64,000 nt of DNA, taken from NCBI RefSeq assembly GCF_963921235.1, contig NC_086097.1, forward strand, positions 253,396,001 through 253,460,000. The letters are read 5' to 3'. How positions within the stretch are numbered: the stretch's first letter is position 1; each line of letters opens with the position of its first letter. Source of the stretch: Mobula hypostoma (Eukaryota). A model generated the notes under the pieces. It made no database searches. It saw nothing but the letters and a program-made list of their open reading frames with translations, and was not told the origin of the DNA. Shown here piece by piece: positions 48,296 to 60,579 of the stretch. Position numbers and translations under genes: made by a program.

Positions 48296-49516
48296 TAAAA
48301 CCTTCGTTGCAGTGTGCAGTCTCACCACTGTCAAGTGAAGTTACAAAGAAATGAAAAAAGATATTGTGTGATCATAAATAGCAACAAAATGCAGGAAACG
48401 GATTGGGTAGATTCAGGAATATATGTGATAAACTCAGTTAATAGTAGCTAAGTAGCAGAAATGGTGCTGATGATGCCAAGGTCGTGGGTTAGGCTCCATG
48501 GAAGTACAGCGATTAACGTGACGCTGTTACCGCTCAGAGCGTTGGAGTTCAGAGTTCAGTTCCAATGTCATCTGTAAGGAGTTTGTATGTCCCTCCCGTG
48601 ACTGCGTCGGTTTCCTCCAGGTGCTCTGGTTTCCTCCCACAGTCCAAAAGCATACTGGTTAGTAGGTGAACTGGTCATTGTAAATTGTCCTGTGGTTAGG
48701 CTGGGGTTATATTGGTGCGTTGCCGGGCGACGTGACTCGGTGGTGGGAACGGCCTGTTTCACACAATCTGTAAACAAATAATTGACAATGAATGCATGGA
48801 TAGATAGACGGAAAGAACATCAATAATTACCAGGGAGACTAACAGTGAACTTGATATGAGAAGAGATTAAATAACATAAAGAATTAAAATATCCCCATCT
48901 TTAGCAGTAATCTTATTTTTATGACCTGAGGTCCTCTACCCTCATGGGTATATCTTGTATGATTCCAACAGCTTCTCAAGTTCAAAGAAAATTCATTCAA
49001 AATATGTAACCTTCCAGGCACTTACATGGATATACTGAAATAGAACCGAATTTATGAAAGGCTTTACTTAACAAAGACTGACAAACGTGCAAGAGGACAG
49101 ATTGTGCACATAACAAATTTAAACAAAGTAAATGATGTATACTGAGTTGTAGAGTGCTTGAAACTGAGCGTGCAGATTGTGGAGTGCTGCAGTATTGAGT
49201 GAAGTTATTCACACTGGTTGAGGAGTGATCCTAATCTCTCTCTGATCCCAACAAATCCTTTCATAATCCTAAGAGCTCTACCAGGCTCCCCACTGCAATT
49301 CCTCTTTCCCTCAGGTTTTCTTGATGACTATCTCTTCGCTGTTTTGTATTATAGAAGGGAATCTTTTCCGTGCTATCTTCAAAGTTTCTCTTTGGGTAGG
49401 GTGGAAAGACAGAAGTGATTGGACAATTTTCATATGTCTTCATGTTTCACAAAACATTTTTGGTTTTTAATTTATTTTGTCGCAGATATGGCCACTGCTG
49501 TGGCTTTTAAATTAAA

Positions 49517-49825
49517 GGCATCAGTTAGTCTTGTGAGACCATCGATCTGCGCCTGGAAAGTCTTCACTCTCCAGGGCGCAGGCCTGGGCAATGTTGTATG
49601 GAAGACCAGCAGTTGCCCATGCTGCAAGTCGTCACTCTCCATGACACCAATGTTGTCCAAGGGAAGGGCATTAGGACCCATGCAGCTTGGCACCAGTGTC
49701 GTCGCAGAGCAATGTGTGATTAAGTGCCTTGCTCAAGGATACAACGCATTTCCTCGGCTGGGGCTCGAACTCACAACCTTCAGGTAGCTAGTCCAATGCC
49801 TTAACCACTTGGCCACGTGCCCACA
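49517..49825 (-). mobile_element. tRNA-derived SINE with RTE-type tail and TSD
   Basis: A-box TGGCCAAGTGG, B-box GTTCGAGCC; TSD CACTGCTGTGGCTT at 49493-49506 and 49824-49837. Confidence 0.88.
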
Positions 49826-49999
49826 CTGCTGTGGCTTAGTTTCCTTCTTTTGTTGAAGTGTGCACCTGGACACCAAAATCCTGCAGGCACTTACTTTTCA
49901 TGAAGTCTTTGATCTGATTAATCTATCTGATAGAGTGGCATGGTAGCGTAGCGATTAGAGTAACGTGATTACGGTAAGACTGGGGTTCAATTCCCACCG

Positions 50000-51332
50000 C
50001 TGTATATAGGAGTTTGTACGTTCTTTCCGTGACCGTGTGTAAAAGCTTGTACGTTCTCCCCGTGACCATGTGTAAAAGCTTGTACGTTCTCCCCGTGACC
50101 GTGTGTAAAAGCTTGTACGTTCTCCCCGTGACCGTGTGTAAAAGCTTGTGCGTTCTCACCGTGACCGTGTGTGAGAGCTTATACGTTCTCCACGTGACCG
50201 TGTGTGAGAGTTTGTACGTTCTCACCATGACCGTGTGTAAGAGTTTGTACGTTCTCCCCATGACCATGTGTAAGAGTTTGTATGTTCGCCCCGTGACCGT
50301 GTGTAGGAGTTTGTACGTTCTCACCATGACCGTGTGTAGGAGTTTGTACGTTCTCACCGTGACCGTGTGTAAAGAGTTTGTACGTTCTCCCCATGACCGT
50401 GTGTAGGAGTTTGTACGTTCTCCCCACGACCATGTGTAAAAGTTTGTACGTTCTCCCTGTGACCGTGTGTAGGAGTTTGTACTTTCTGTCTGTGACCGTG
50501 TGTAAGAGTTTGTGCGTTCTCCCCGTGACCGTGTGTAGGAGTTCGTACGTTCTCCCCATGACCGTGTGTAGGAGTTCGTACGTTCTCACCGTGACCGTGT
50601 GTAGGAGTTTGTACTTTCTCCCCGTGACCGTGTGTAGGAGTTTGTACGTTCTCCCCGTGACCGTGTGTAGGAGTTTGTACGTTCTCCCCGTGACCGTGTG
50701 TAGGAGTTTGTACGTTCTCCCCGTGACCGTGTGTAAAGAGTTTGTACGTTCTCACCGTGACCGTGTGTAAAGAGTTTGTACGTTCTCCCCGTGACCGTGT
50801 GTAGGAGTTTGTACGTTCTCACCGTGACCGTGTGTAAGAGTTTGTACGTTCTCCCCGTGACCGTGTGTAGGAGTTTGTATGTTCTCCCCGTGACCGTGTG
50901 TAGGAGTTTGTACGTTCTCACCGTGACCGTGTGTAAAGAGTTTGTACCTTCTCCCCGTGACCGTGTGTAGGAGTTTGTACGTTCTCCCCGTGACCGTGTG
51001 TAAAGAGTTTGTACGTTCTTACCATGACCGTGTGTGAAGAGTTTGTACGTTCTCCACGTGACTGTGTGTAGGAGCTTGTACGTTCTCACCATGACCGTGT
51101 GTGAGAGTTTGTACGTTCTCCACATGACTGTGTGTAAGAGTTTGTACGTTCTCCCCGTGACCGTATGTAAGAGTTTGTACTTTCTCCCTGTGACCGTGTG
51201 TAGGAGTTTGTACCTTTTCCCCGTTACCGTGTGTAAAGAGTTTGTACGTTCTCCCCGTGACCGTATGTAAGAGTTTGTACTTTCTCCCTGTGACCGTGTG
51301 TAGGAGTTTGTACCTTTTCCCCGTTACCGTGT
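50000..51332 (+). repeat. 33-bp minisatellite (~40 units) GTGTGTAGGAGTTTGTACGTTCTCCCCGTGACC inside a SINE
   Basis: Direct read; the 11-aa periodicity in ORF-track translations reflects the 33-bp unit. Confidence 0.97.
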
Positions 51333-52594
51333 GCGTTTCCTCCCGGCACTCCGGTTCCCTCCCAATGGCGACACGTGTGGGCTGTCCCAAGTGTAATCTT
51401 CACTGATTTGATTCAATGCATTTCGCTGCATGGTTCGGTGTACATGTGACAAATAAAGCTAATCTTGAGATATTAATCTTTAAAAATGGGTCACCTTTAA
51501 CTTCTCTGAACTGTTGGCTTTGCCAGTCTTGTTTTATTCGTTTTCTTTGCCTGCCCATCCACACTGGGTGGCCACTTTATCAGGTACATCTGTGCACCTG
51601 TTTGTTCATAGAGATACCTTATGGTCCAGTCATATGGCAGCAACTCAGTGGGTACTGTTCCAGCGTTTAATTGAAACCCAGTGGAGTTGTCCTTCATATA
51701 ATAAATGACTGTGACAAAATCTTAACTCAGTGGCCACTTTATTAGGTACAGGAGTAGAACCCAGTGTGGTCTCTCAATAACAGGGTGTTTTCACCCACAG
51801 AACTGCCACTAACTGGATGTTTATTTTTTCTTTGTCACACCATTTTCTATGAACTCCAGAGCCTGTTTCCTGGGGTCAGCGGATTGCCACGTTGTTGAAA
51901 CCACCCCGTCTGTGACCAATCATCATTCCGCAGTCAATTCTAATGTTTGGTCTGAACAACAGCTGAACCTCCTGACCATATCTGCATGCTTTTAGACATG
52001 GAGTTGCTCCCACGTTTAGTTCAATTTTAGTTTAATTGTCATTAATCCATACATGTATACAGCCAAGGTGGAAAACACAGTCACACACCGCACAATGCAC
52101 TCATAGCATATACAAGAGAGCAAGCTAATGGAAGATATCAGTTAAACACAGCCACACAATCAGATATAGTCCAGGACCTGAGCCCAGGAGTGCTGCAGAA
52201 ATCTGTAGTCGACCACAATACAGCTTGTCTTGTGCCGAGCGAACACTGGGGGTGGGGTGGCAGCACTGACTCCAGCCTGGGTGCTGTACCTCAGTGCCCT
52301 GGAGGAGCGCACGGGCTTCATCGCCTCGCTCCTGGTGGCTGTAAACATGCAACACCGTGGCTTGAGGCCCTGCCTTCACTGCCACCAAGGGGCCACATAG
52401 CTCTCCCAATGTCCACCTCTGCTGCTGCCAAATAAATCAGTGAATCGGACTTACACCACTGCACATTAACAATGTCCAAAAAGATCTTGCAATCCCAAGA
52501 AAAGCGACTAAGATGACCTCTCAGTGTTAGACTGCGCACTGCCTGTCTGCCTGCCTGCCTGCCTGCCTGCCCACTGGGATATTGATCCACCTCA

Positions 52595-53545
52595 GAGTCA
52601 TTCTGTTCCTATGTGGCAGATAAATGCATGGCTGAAGAATTGGAGCAGGAGGCAGGGATTCAGATCTCTGGATAATTGGGACCCCTTCTGGGGCAGGTGG
52701 GACCTGTACGAAAGGGAAGGGTTCCTGTTCACTCCGAGGTAGATCAATATTCGAGCGGGCAGGCTTACTATAATTAGCAAAAATTAGTGGGAAGATAGAG
52801 GATTGGGAAGTTTTTCTAAAACCTGCAGAGAGCAACTAAAAGAATCATTAGAAGGGAAAAGATGAAATGTGTGGCACGGGCAGTAATCCCAAGATTACTA
52901 CCTTTGAGGTCCTGCTTCTCAGCTTCCTTTCTAACTCCCTGTATTCTGTTTTCAGGTCCTCCTCCCTTTTTCTACCCATGTCGTTGTTACCCATATGTAC
53001 CACGACTCTGGCTGCTCACCCTCACTTTTCAGGATATTGTGGACACATTCAGAAACATCATGGACCCTGGCACCTGGGAGGCAACTACCATCCATTTTTC
53101 TCTTTCGCATCCACAAAATTGCCTATCTGTTCCCTGACTATCTAGTCCCCTGTTACTACTGCCATCCTTCTCAGTTCCCTTCCCTCCTGAGTCACAGGAC
53201 AGACTCAGTGCCAGAAACATGGCCGCTGTTGCTTCCCCCAGCTACGTCATCTCCCCAACAGCACTCAGAATGGAGTACTTACTGTTGAGAGGGATGGCCA
53301 CAGGAGTGTTCTCCACCATCTGATGTTCTCCCTTCTCTCTATTGACAGTCACCCATTTATCTGTCTCCTGTAGTCTTGGGGTGACTACCTCCTTGTAGCT
53401 CCTGTCTATCACTGCTTCACTTTCCCTAACAGTTGTAGTTCCTGTTCCCTAACATGGTCTCTAAGGAGCTGCATCTTGATGCACCTGGTGTAGATGTGGC
53501 CATCAGGGAGCCTGGAAGTCTGGAAGTCTCACATCTGACAACCAG
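52595..53545. mobile_element. CR1 ORF1 fragments in opposite orientations
   Basis: WQINAWLKNWSRRQGFRSLDNWDPFWGRWDLYE (SGNH esterase, plus); GTDRQFCGCERE..MVV (minus). Confidence 0.7.
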
Positions 53546-54019
53546 AACACACTAACTACCTGTATGCACCCCAGTAGAATCTCTGACCTTCCATGAGCAG
53601 TCAATGAAGAGAAAAGGTGTTACCCGGGAAAGCAGTCTACGCTGGCCAGGCGTTCCTCGTGGTCCCGATCTCCACATGTCCGTGGGGTCCTCCTTATCCG
53701 CGATGGTTGGTCTCTGGTTGCTGGAGAGGTATCGTCCCTGCGTATTTGGACTCTTCTCTTGTTCCTCATTAATTGAACTGGTGGATCTCCATCCCTTTGG
53801 CTCAAGGTCACCTGACCTACCTGGGTCACCTTCTTACTGGTCATTATCTAGGGCTACAACCAGCATTGTTCCCTAGTTCTGTCCACCCCAGCCTTGTGTA
53901 TTTGTGTCTTTCAACTCTGACTGGTCCAAACCAGTTAAATGAGGTGACCCAGACATACCCTAATGAGATTACAGATTGCTTCTTTGGTAGGTCTGGCATT
54001 TTACATAATATGTAGCTAT

Positions 54020-54497
54020 TCATAGTTATACTTTATTGATCCCGGGGGAAATTGGGTTTTCGTTACAGTTGCACCATAAATAATAAATAGTTATAAACCA
54101 TAAACAGTTAAATAGTAAAAAGTAAATTATGCCAGGAAATAAGTCCAGGACCAGCCTACTGGCTCAGGGTGTCTGACCCTCCAAGGGAAGAGTTGTAAAG
54201 TTTGATGGCCACAGGCAGGAATGACTTCCTATGACGCTCTGTGTTGCATCTCGGTAGAATGAGTCTCTGGCTGAATGTACTCCTGTGCCCAACCAGTACA
54301 TTATGTAGTGGATGGGAGACATTGTCCAAGATGGCATGCAACTTGGACAGCATCCTCTTTTCAGACACCACTGTCAGAGAGTCCAGTTCCATCCCCAGAA
54401 CATCACTGGCCTTACGAATGAGTTTGTTGATTCTGTTGGTGTCTGCTACCCTCAGCCTGCTGCCCCAGCACACAACAGCAAACATGATGGCACTGGC
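54020..54497 (-). mobile_element. Rex1/Babar-type LINE 3' fragment (same family as 13375-14424)
   Basis: ASAIMFAVVCWGSRLRVADTNRINKLIRKAS...; near-identical to 13944-14420. Confidence 0.9.
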
Positions 54498-54902
54498 CGA
54501 ACCATTTTTCTGCCTAGTCCCACTGACCTGCACCTGGACCATATCCCTCCATACACCTCTCATCCATGTACCTGTCCAAGTTTTTCTTAAATGTGCTATT
54601 CATCTGAGAATACTCTCCTTGTGTCCACATTCAGTTGCTCTGATTAGATTATTCCAGAGTAAGAATCAATTCAGAGTCCACAAAATGGGGGGAAACCAAG
54701 ACATCTGCTTTGTCTGCTTCCCCAGTCCTGGGTTCATCAAATCCACTAATTGTAGACTTAGTTTCTTCTGGCCAACAGTATCATCTCTTCACTAAATTCG
54801 TTTAATATACAATCTGTCCAGACTGAAAGTCTCTTGGCACCACTCCCACTTTTTCTGTCTTAAATGCCTTTGTGACTTCTGTCTTCAAAGTATAGGGGAG
54901 GG

Positions 54903-55700
54903 ATAGAACTATAGAACACTACAGCACAGAAACAGGCCTTTTGGCCCTTTTTGGCTGTGCCAAACCATTTTTCTGCCCAGTCCCACTGACCTGCACCTGG
55001 ACCATATCCCGCCATACACCTCTCATCCATGTATCTGTCCAATTTATTCTTAAGTGTTAAAAGTGAGCCTGCATTTACCACTTCATCTGGCAGCTCATTC
55101 CACAGTCCCACCGCTCTCTATGTGTAAAGAAGCCCCCCCAATGTTCCCTTTAAACTTTTCCCCCTTCACCCTTAACCCATGTCCTCTGGTTTTTTTCTCC
55201 CCTTGCCTCAGTGGAAAAAGCCTGCTTGCATTCGTTCTATCTATACCCATCATAATTTTATATACCTCTTTCAAATCTCCCCTCATTCTTCTAAGCTCCA
55301 GGGAATAAAGTCCTAACCTATTCAACCTTTCTCTGTAACTGAGTTTCTCAAGTCCCGGCAACATCCTTGTAAACCTTCTCTGCACTCTTTCAACCTTATC
55401 AATATCCTTCCTGTATTTTGGTGACCAAAACTGCACACAATAATATTACGATATCAGAGGTAGGTTTTTTACACAGAGTGGTGGGTGTGTGGAACACCAT
55501 GACAGGGGTGGTGGTAGAGGACATTTAAGAAAAATAGGCACATAGAAAAGTGGAGGGTTGTGTGGGAGGGAAGGGTTAGATTGATTAGGTTAAAAGTTTG
55601 GCAGACATCATAGTCATAGACATACTTTATCGATCCCAGGGGAAATTGGTTTGTACACCATGGGCTGAAGGGCCTGTACTGTGCTGTGGTGTTCTGTGTT
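54903..55700. mobile_element. Two CR1 3' fragments (54903-55440 minus, 55450-55700 plus)
   Basis: QFWSPKYRKDIDKVERVQRRFTRMLPG; CR1 3' ends. Confidence 0.8.
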
Positions 55701-56264
55701 TTACGCCAACGCAGCATGTCCACAACTTACAAACCCTAACCGTACCTGTTTGGAATGTGGGAGGAAACCTACCTGGTCAGGGAGAATTTACAGTGCTAAT
55801 GCCACTTCCGAATAGAGTTATTGAGATTGGATAACTCTTATTTCTGCCATTTTGTTATTGCAAATTGACAGTTATCAATTAGTTGTATTTACTCTATTTT
55901 CTAAATTTTCTCTTCATTTATTTTCTCATATGGTTGAAGACAATTTAATCTCATCCGTCTCTTTGCTTTTCTAGTTTTTGAATTCTTTCCAAATATATTT
56001 CCTTATGTATCCTTTTAGACATTAAAGATTAGCTTTATTTGTCACACGGACATCGAAGCGTACAGTGTTGCTTCACTGACCAACACAGTCCAAGGATGTG
56101 CTGGGGGCAGCCAGCAAGTGTGGCTATGCTTCTAACATCAACGTACCATGTCAAAACTGACCAGCCCTAACCTGTACACCTTTGGACTGTGGGAAGAAAC
56201 CAGAGAACCCGGAGAAAGCCCACGTGGTCATGGGGAGAACTAGTGCTGTCAAGCATTATGCTAA

Positions 56265-56660
56265 ACATAGAAAAGCTACAGCACAATACAGGCCCTTTGG
56301 CCCACAATGCTGTGCCAAACATCTACTTACTTTAGAAATTACCTGGGGTTACCCATAGCCCTCTATTTTTCTAAGCTCCATGTACCTATCCGGCAGTCTT
56401 TTAAAAGACCCTATCGTATCCACCTCCACCAACGTCGCTGGCAGCCCATTCCATGCACTCACCACTCTCCGTGTAAAAAAACACCCTGACATCTCCTCTG
56501 TACCTGCTTCCAAGCACCTTAAAACTGTGCCCTCTCGTGTTAGCCATTTCAGCCCTGGGAAAAAGCCTCTGACTACCCACACAATCAATGCCTCTCATCA
56601 TCTTATACTGTACACCTCTGTCAGGTCACCTCTCATCCTCCGTCGCTGCAAGGAGAAAAG
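56265..56660 (-). mobile_element. CR1 3' fragment (same subfamily as 62870-63458)
   Basis: SQRLFPRAEMANTRGHSFKVLGSRYRGDVR. Confidence 0.88.
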
Positions 56661-57109
56661 GCTGACTGCTGTGCTACTGTTCCACACCCTTTCTCGAGTG
56701 TTTTTTAAATTACCTTTTCTCTTCAGTTTTGTTGCTTTAACCACCCAATTTCATACATCTATCTGTGAGTTACGGTGACTTATTTTTCTTTGATTGAGTG
56801 ATACAGCACAGCCAACGAGCCTGCACCACCCAATTACACCGATATGACCAATAACCACCCAATTACACCTATGTGACCAATTAACCAACTAACCCGTATG
56901 TCTTGGGAATGTGGGAGGAAACCCACTCTCCCTGTGGAACATAAAACGATGTTATGTTTGACATTATGTGAAGTTTTACATGGTTTACAGTTGGCTTATC
57001 TGTAATCTTTTAATCTTATTTTTTCCATGATTTTAGCATTTAATTTATTAAGCTGGTCTTTCTTGCGTCTTTGTTCATTTTTATTGTAACAAGACAGCAA
57101 TTGCTTAGA

Positions 57110-57562
57110 GCAACACTCACAAAATGCTGGAGGAACTCAGCAGGTCAGGCAGGATCTGTTGAGAGGAATAAACAGTCAACGTTTCAGGCCGAGAGCCTGC
57201 ATCAGGACTGGAAAGGAAGGGGGAAGATGCCAGGATAAGGTGATGTGGGTGGAGGGCAAGCTAGATGATAAATAAAATCAGAGGGGGAGGGGGGTGAAGT
57301 GAGCAGCTGGGGGGCGAGAGGTGGGTAAGGTGAAGGGTCAGAGAAGAAGGAATCTGTCAGGGGAGGAGAGTAGACCGTGGGAGAAAGGGAAGGTGGGAGG
57401 GGATCAGGGGAAAGTGACGAGATGAGGTAAGAGGCCAGAATAGGGAACAGATGAAAGTAGAAGGGGGAGGGGACAAATTTTTTAGCGGAAGGAGAAATTG
57501 ATGATCATACATCATGGAGGCTAACCAGACTGAATATGAAGTGTTACTCCTCCAACCTGAGA
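57110..57562 (-). mobile_element. Older Penelope-like 3' end with variant hammerhead motif at 57174-57209
   Basis: Minus strand: RLEE.HFIFSLVSLH..MIINFSFR*, then AGTC CTGATGC AGGCTCTCGGCCT GAAACGTT GACT. Confidence 0.7.
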
Positions 57563-57810
57563 GCGATTGCTTAGGTTCTCTGCCACGTTTAGAATCAAAG
57601 AAATTTACGGCACGGGCCCATTGTGTTCATGGCAATCTTTACATTGTTACTGTTCAGAATGTCAAGTTACATGTATGATATCTACAAATGGGGCTTACAG
57701 TGAGTTATGCGATGTTATTTTGAGTGATTTGAAGTATGTTATGAGAATATATTTGTTCTGTGAGGGTGGAGGGAATGTATGTTTGCAATGATGATGTCTC
57801 TCTTTATCAG

Positions 57811-57952
57811 GACCATTCACAGCACCAGTGGGAAGCTGAAACGAGCCATGCTGCAGTTTACGCCAGCCAGCTGGACATACGTCCGTTGGTTTGACCCGAA
57901 ATCCTCCGCGCAGAGAGTTGCTGGAATTTACCTCTTTCTAATAATTTGGCAG
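57811..57952 (+). CDS. PTDSS1: PTDSS1 exon 7 (142 bp)
   Basis: atcag|G...CAG|gtaagg; [47 protein letters not shown]. Confidence 0.96.
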
Positions 57953-59299
57953 GTAAGGAACAAGCCTAGAAAATATTCCAATGTGATAAAGGTTTGCTGT
58001 GTGCAGTTTCCAGCTTCAGGGGCTGAGAGTGGGTGCTGGCAGATGAGTGGTTTGCACAATACTATTACAGCTCGGGTTTGGAGTTCAGTTCCGGCACTGT
58101 CTCGACGTTTTCCCCGTAGGTTGCTGGCTTTTCCCCGAGTGCTCTGGTTTTCTGGGGATGTGCGGCGTAGGTGAGCTGGTGATTGTAAAATGTCCCATGA
58201 TTACGTTCGGGTCAAACCGGGGTTGCTGGGGCTGCACGACTCGAAGTGTCGGGAGGGCCCACTCCGTGCTGTATCGCAAAATAAATAAATGAATGAATGC
58301 TATTTGACATAGTCACTCACCTGACCCTGACACACAGAGAAAAGGAGGGCGTGAGTCAGAAGGCTGTTTCTGGATTTCATCTCATCATTCAACATTATTG
58401 TTCCACAGACCTTGGTGAACAGACGCCTCCTCCTTGGTCTAAATACTCCACTGTGCCAGGCTTCCTAATCAACCGACCTCAGGTAGTCAGGATCCACTGC
58501 CGTTTCCCTCCCCGTCATCCTCATCACGACACGGCTGCCCCCCGGGGCTGTGTGCTGAGCTCATCGCTGTACGCTCTGCTCACACATGACTGCACAGACA
58601 GACGCTCGGGTGATCACAGCAGCAAGTTGGCTGATGACACCACAGCGGTGAGGCTCATCGCCAACAGCAATGAGACAGCCCACAGAGAGGAAGTGGAAGA
58701 GCTCAAAGCTGGATGCCTGGCTTATGACCTCTTCGTCACTGTCCAGCAATATCGTGAAGGGTCCCACCCACCCCGTCAGTTCACTGTTTGTCCCTGTCCC
58801 ATCAGGAAGAGGCTATGTAGTATCTACCAGATTCAAAAACAGTGACCTTCCCCAAGCAGTAAGGCTGATCAACACCTCCACCCACTCACCCACCCCTCCA
58901 CACCCCCAACCACCACTACTGTATCATTTCCTGTCAGTCACCTCATGTACAGACACTCCTGTGCCGAGCGTCACTTCATGGGCATATAATCAGTCTGTGA
59001 ATGTAAGCTGTCTTATGTATTTTGTTTTTTTTTTAATTATTGTGTTCTTTATCTAATGGTGTTTTTTGTGCTGCATCAGATCCAGAGTAACAATTATTTC
59101 GTTTACTGGAAATGACATTAAACAATTTTGAATTTTGAATCTTGAATTTGATTCTCCCTTTGGGTATACAGCACATGCCCGGTATGCACCTCTGTTGAAT
59201 TTGGATGTTCTGTATTCAAAGCCTTTCTGAGATCTTTCTGTAATCTAAACTGCTGAGTTTATATAACTAGGTTGGTGGTGTGGTAGATCATGTAGAAAG

Positions 59300-59885
59300 A
59301 AGAGCTGTGAGGTAACGTCTAGTCTATAAAGCCCTTTTAGACCACACTTGCAATAGTGTGTTCAGTTCTCATTGCCTTATGCTAGGAATGCTTTACAGAG
59401 ATATTCTTCATTTGAAAGCTTTCGAGAGAGTGCAGAGAAGTTTTACCAGGATGCTGCCTGGATTAGAGAGCATGCCTTTTGAGAATAGGTTGAGCGAGCT
59501 TGGGCTTTTCTCTTTGAAGCGAAGGAGGATGAGAGGTGACTTGATAGAGATGTACAAAATGATAAGAGGCATAGATAGAGTGGACAGCCAGGGTGGAAAT
59601 GGTTAATACAAGGGTGGGCATGATTTTAAGGTGATTGGAGGAAACGATGGGGGGGGGGGATTATCAGAGGTAAGATCTTTACACGAAGGGCAGTGGAACA
59701 CCCTGCCAGAGTGGTGGTAGAGGCAGATATAATAGGGACATTTAAGAAACTCTTAGATAAGCACAGGGTTGGTAGAAAAATGGAGGGTTATGTAGAAGGG
59801 AAAGGTTAGATTAATCTTAGAGTAGATTACAAAGTCGAGACAGCATTGTGGGCTGAAGGGCCTGTACTGTGCAATAGTATTGTCT
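59300..59885 (+). mobile_element. CR1 3' fragment
   Basis: FERVQRSFTRMLPGLESM..RRMRGDLIEMYK. Confidence 0.8.
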
Positions 59886-60579
59886 GTCGTCTCCATGTCC
59901 ATTCTATCTGGGGACTTCAATATTTGGTAGATTTCAATGTTGATCTCTCCTCTCCCTGCCCCATTCCTCTAAACTCCAGAGAGTGCTGTTGTCCATGGGC
60001 TGTGGGCTTGGATCACCGTTTCTGAACCTGCATCTAAATCTTACATTGCTGCATTTGGAATAATAACAATAACAGGTGGTTAACACAAAAAAAGTTATCA
60101 AAGGTACATAGTAAAAATTATCGAAAGTACACAATAAAAGACCTTGAAAGTGAGTCAGTAGGTTGTTGATTCTGTTCGGAATCTGGGTGAGTGAAGTTTT
60201 CCATGCAGGTTCGGCGTTAGTCTATTGAACTATTTCACTGCTTATTGGCACATGGTTTCTGTGTATCTAACAATGTTTGATTTGAAGGCTGGCACTAACA
60301 TTCACTGAGTGTTGAATATTTAGTTGTTTATATTACTTCCCCTCCGACAATGTCAGACAGGGTTGTTGTGAACATTGACTTTAGAACACCACAGCAGAGT
60401 GTATACTGTACACCCTTCGGCCCACAATGTCGTGCTCAAGATTTGATCTGAAAGCTTACAGTGACATCCACCGATTTTTCAGATAAAGACCTGGAATTCA
60501 ATATTTAGCCATTTTTCTGATTTTGAATACATTTCTGTTTTGAAAATGTTACTAAATTGCTGAACAGTTCCGCAACATT

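Noticed and set aside
49745..49825. tRNA gene (A and B boxes on the minus strand; also 34270-34347)
   Set aside because: It continues into a SINE core and LINE-type tail, is multicopy, and is flanked by a TSD; a SINE head, not a tRNA.
49923..51390. Long repetitive ORFs (HTVTGRTYKLL / THGHGENVQTP / VTVCRSLYVLP) or a CRISPR-like array
   Set aside because: These are translations of a 33-bp tandem repeat within a SINE. There are no unique spacers and no cas genes, and the context is a eukaryotic intron.
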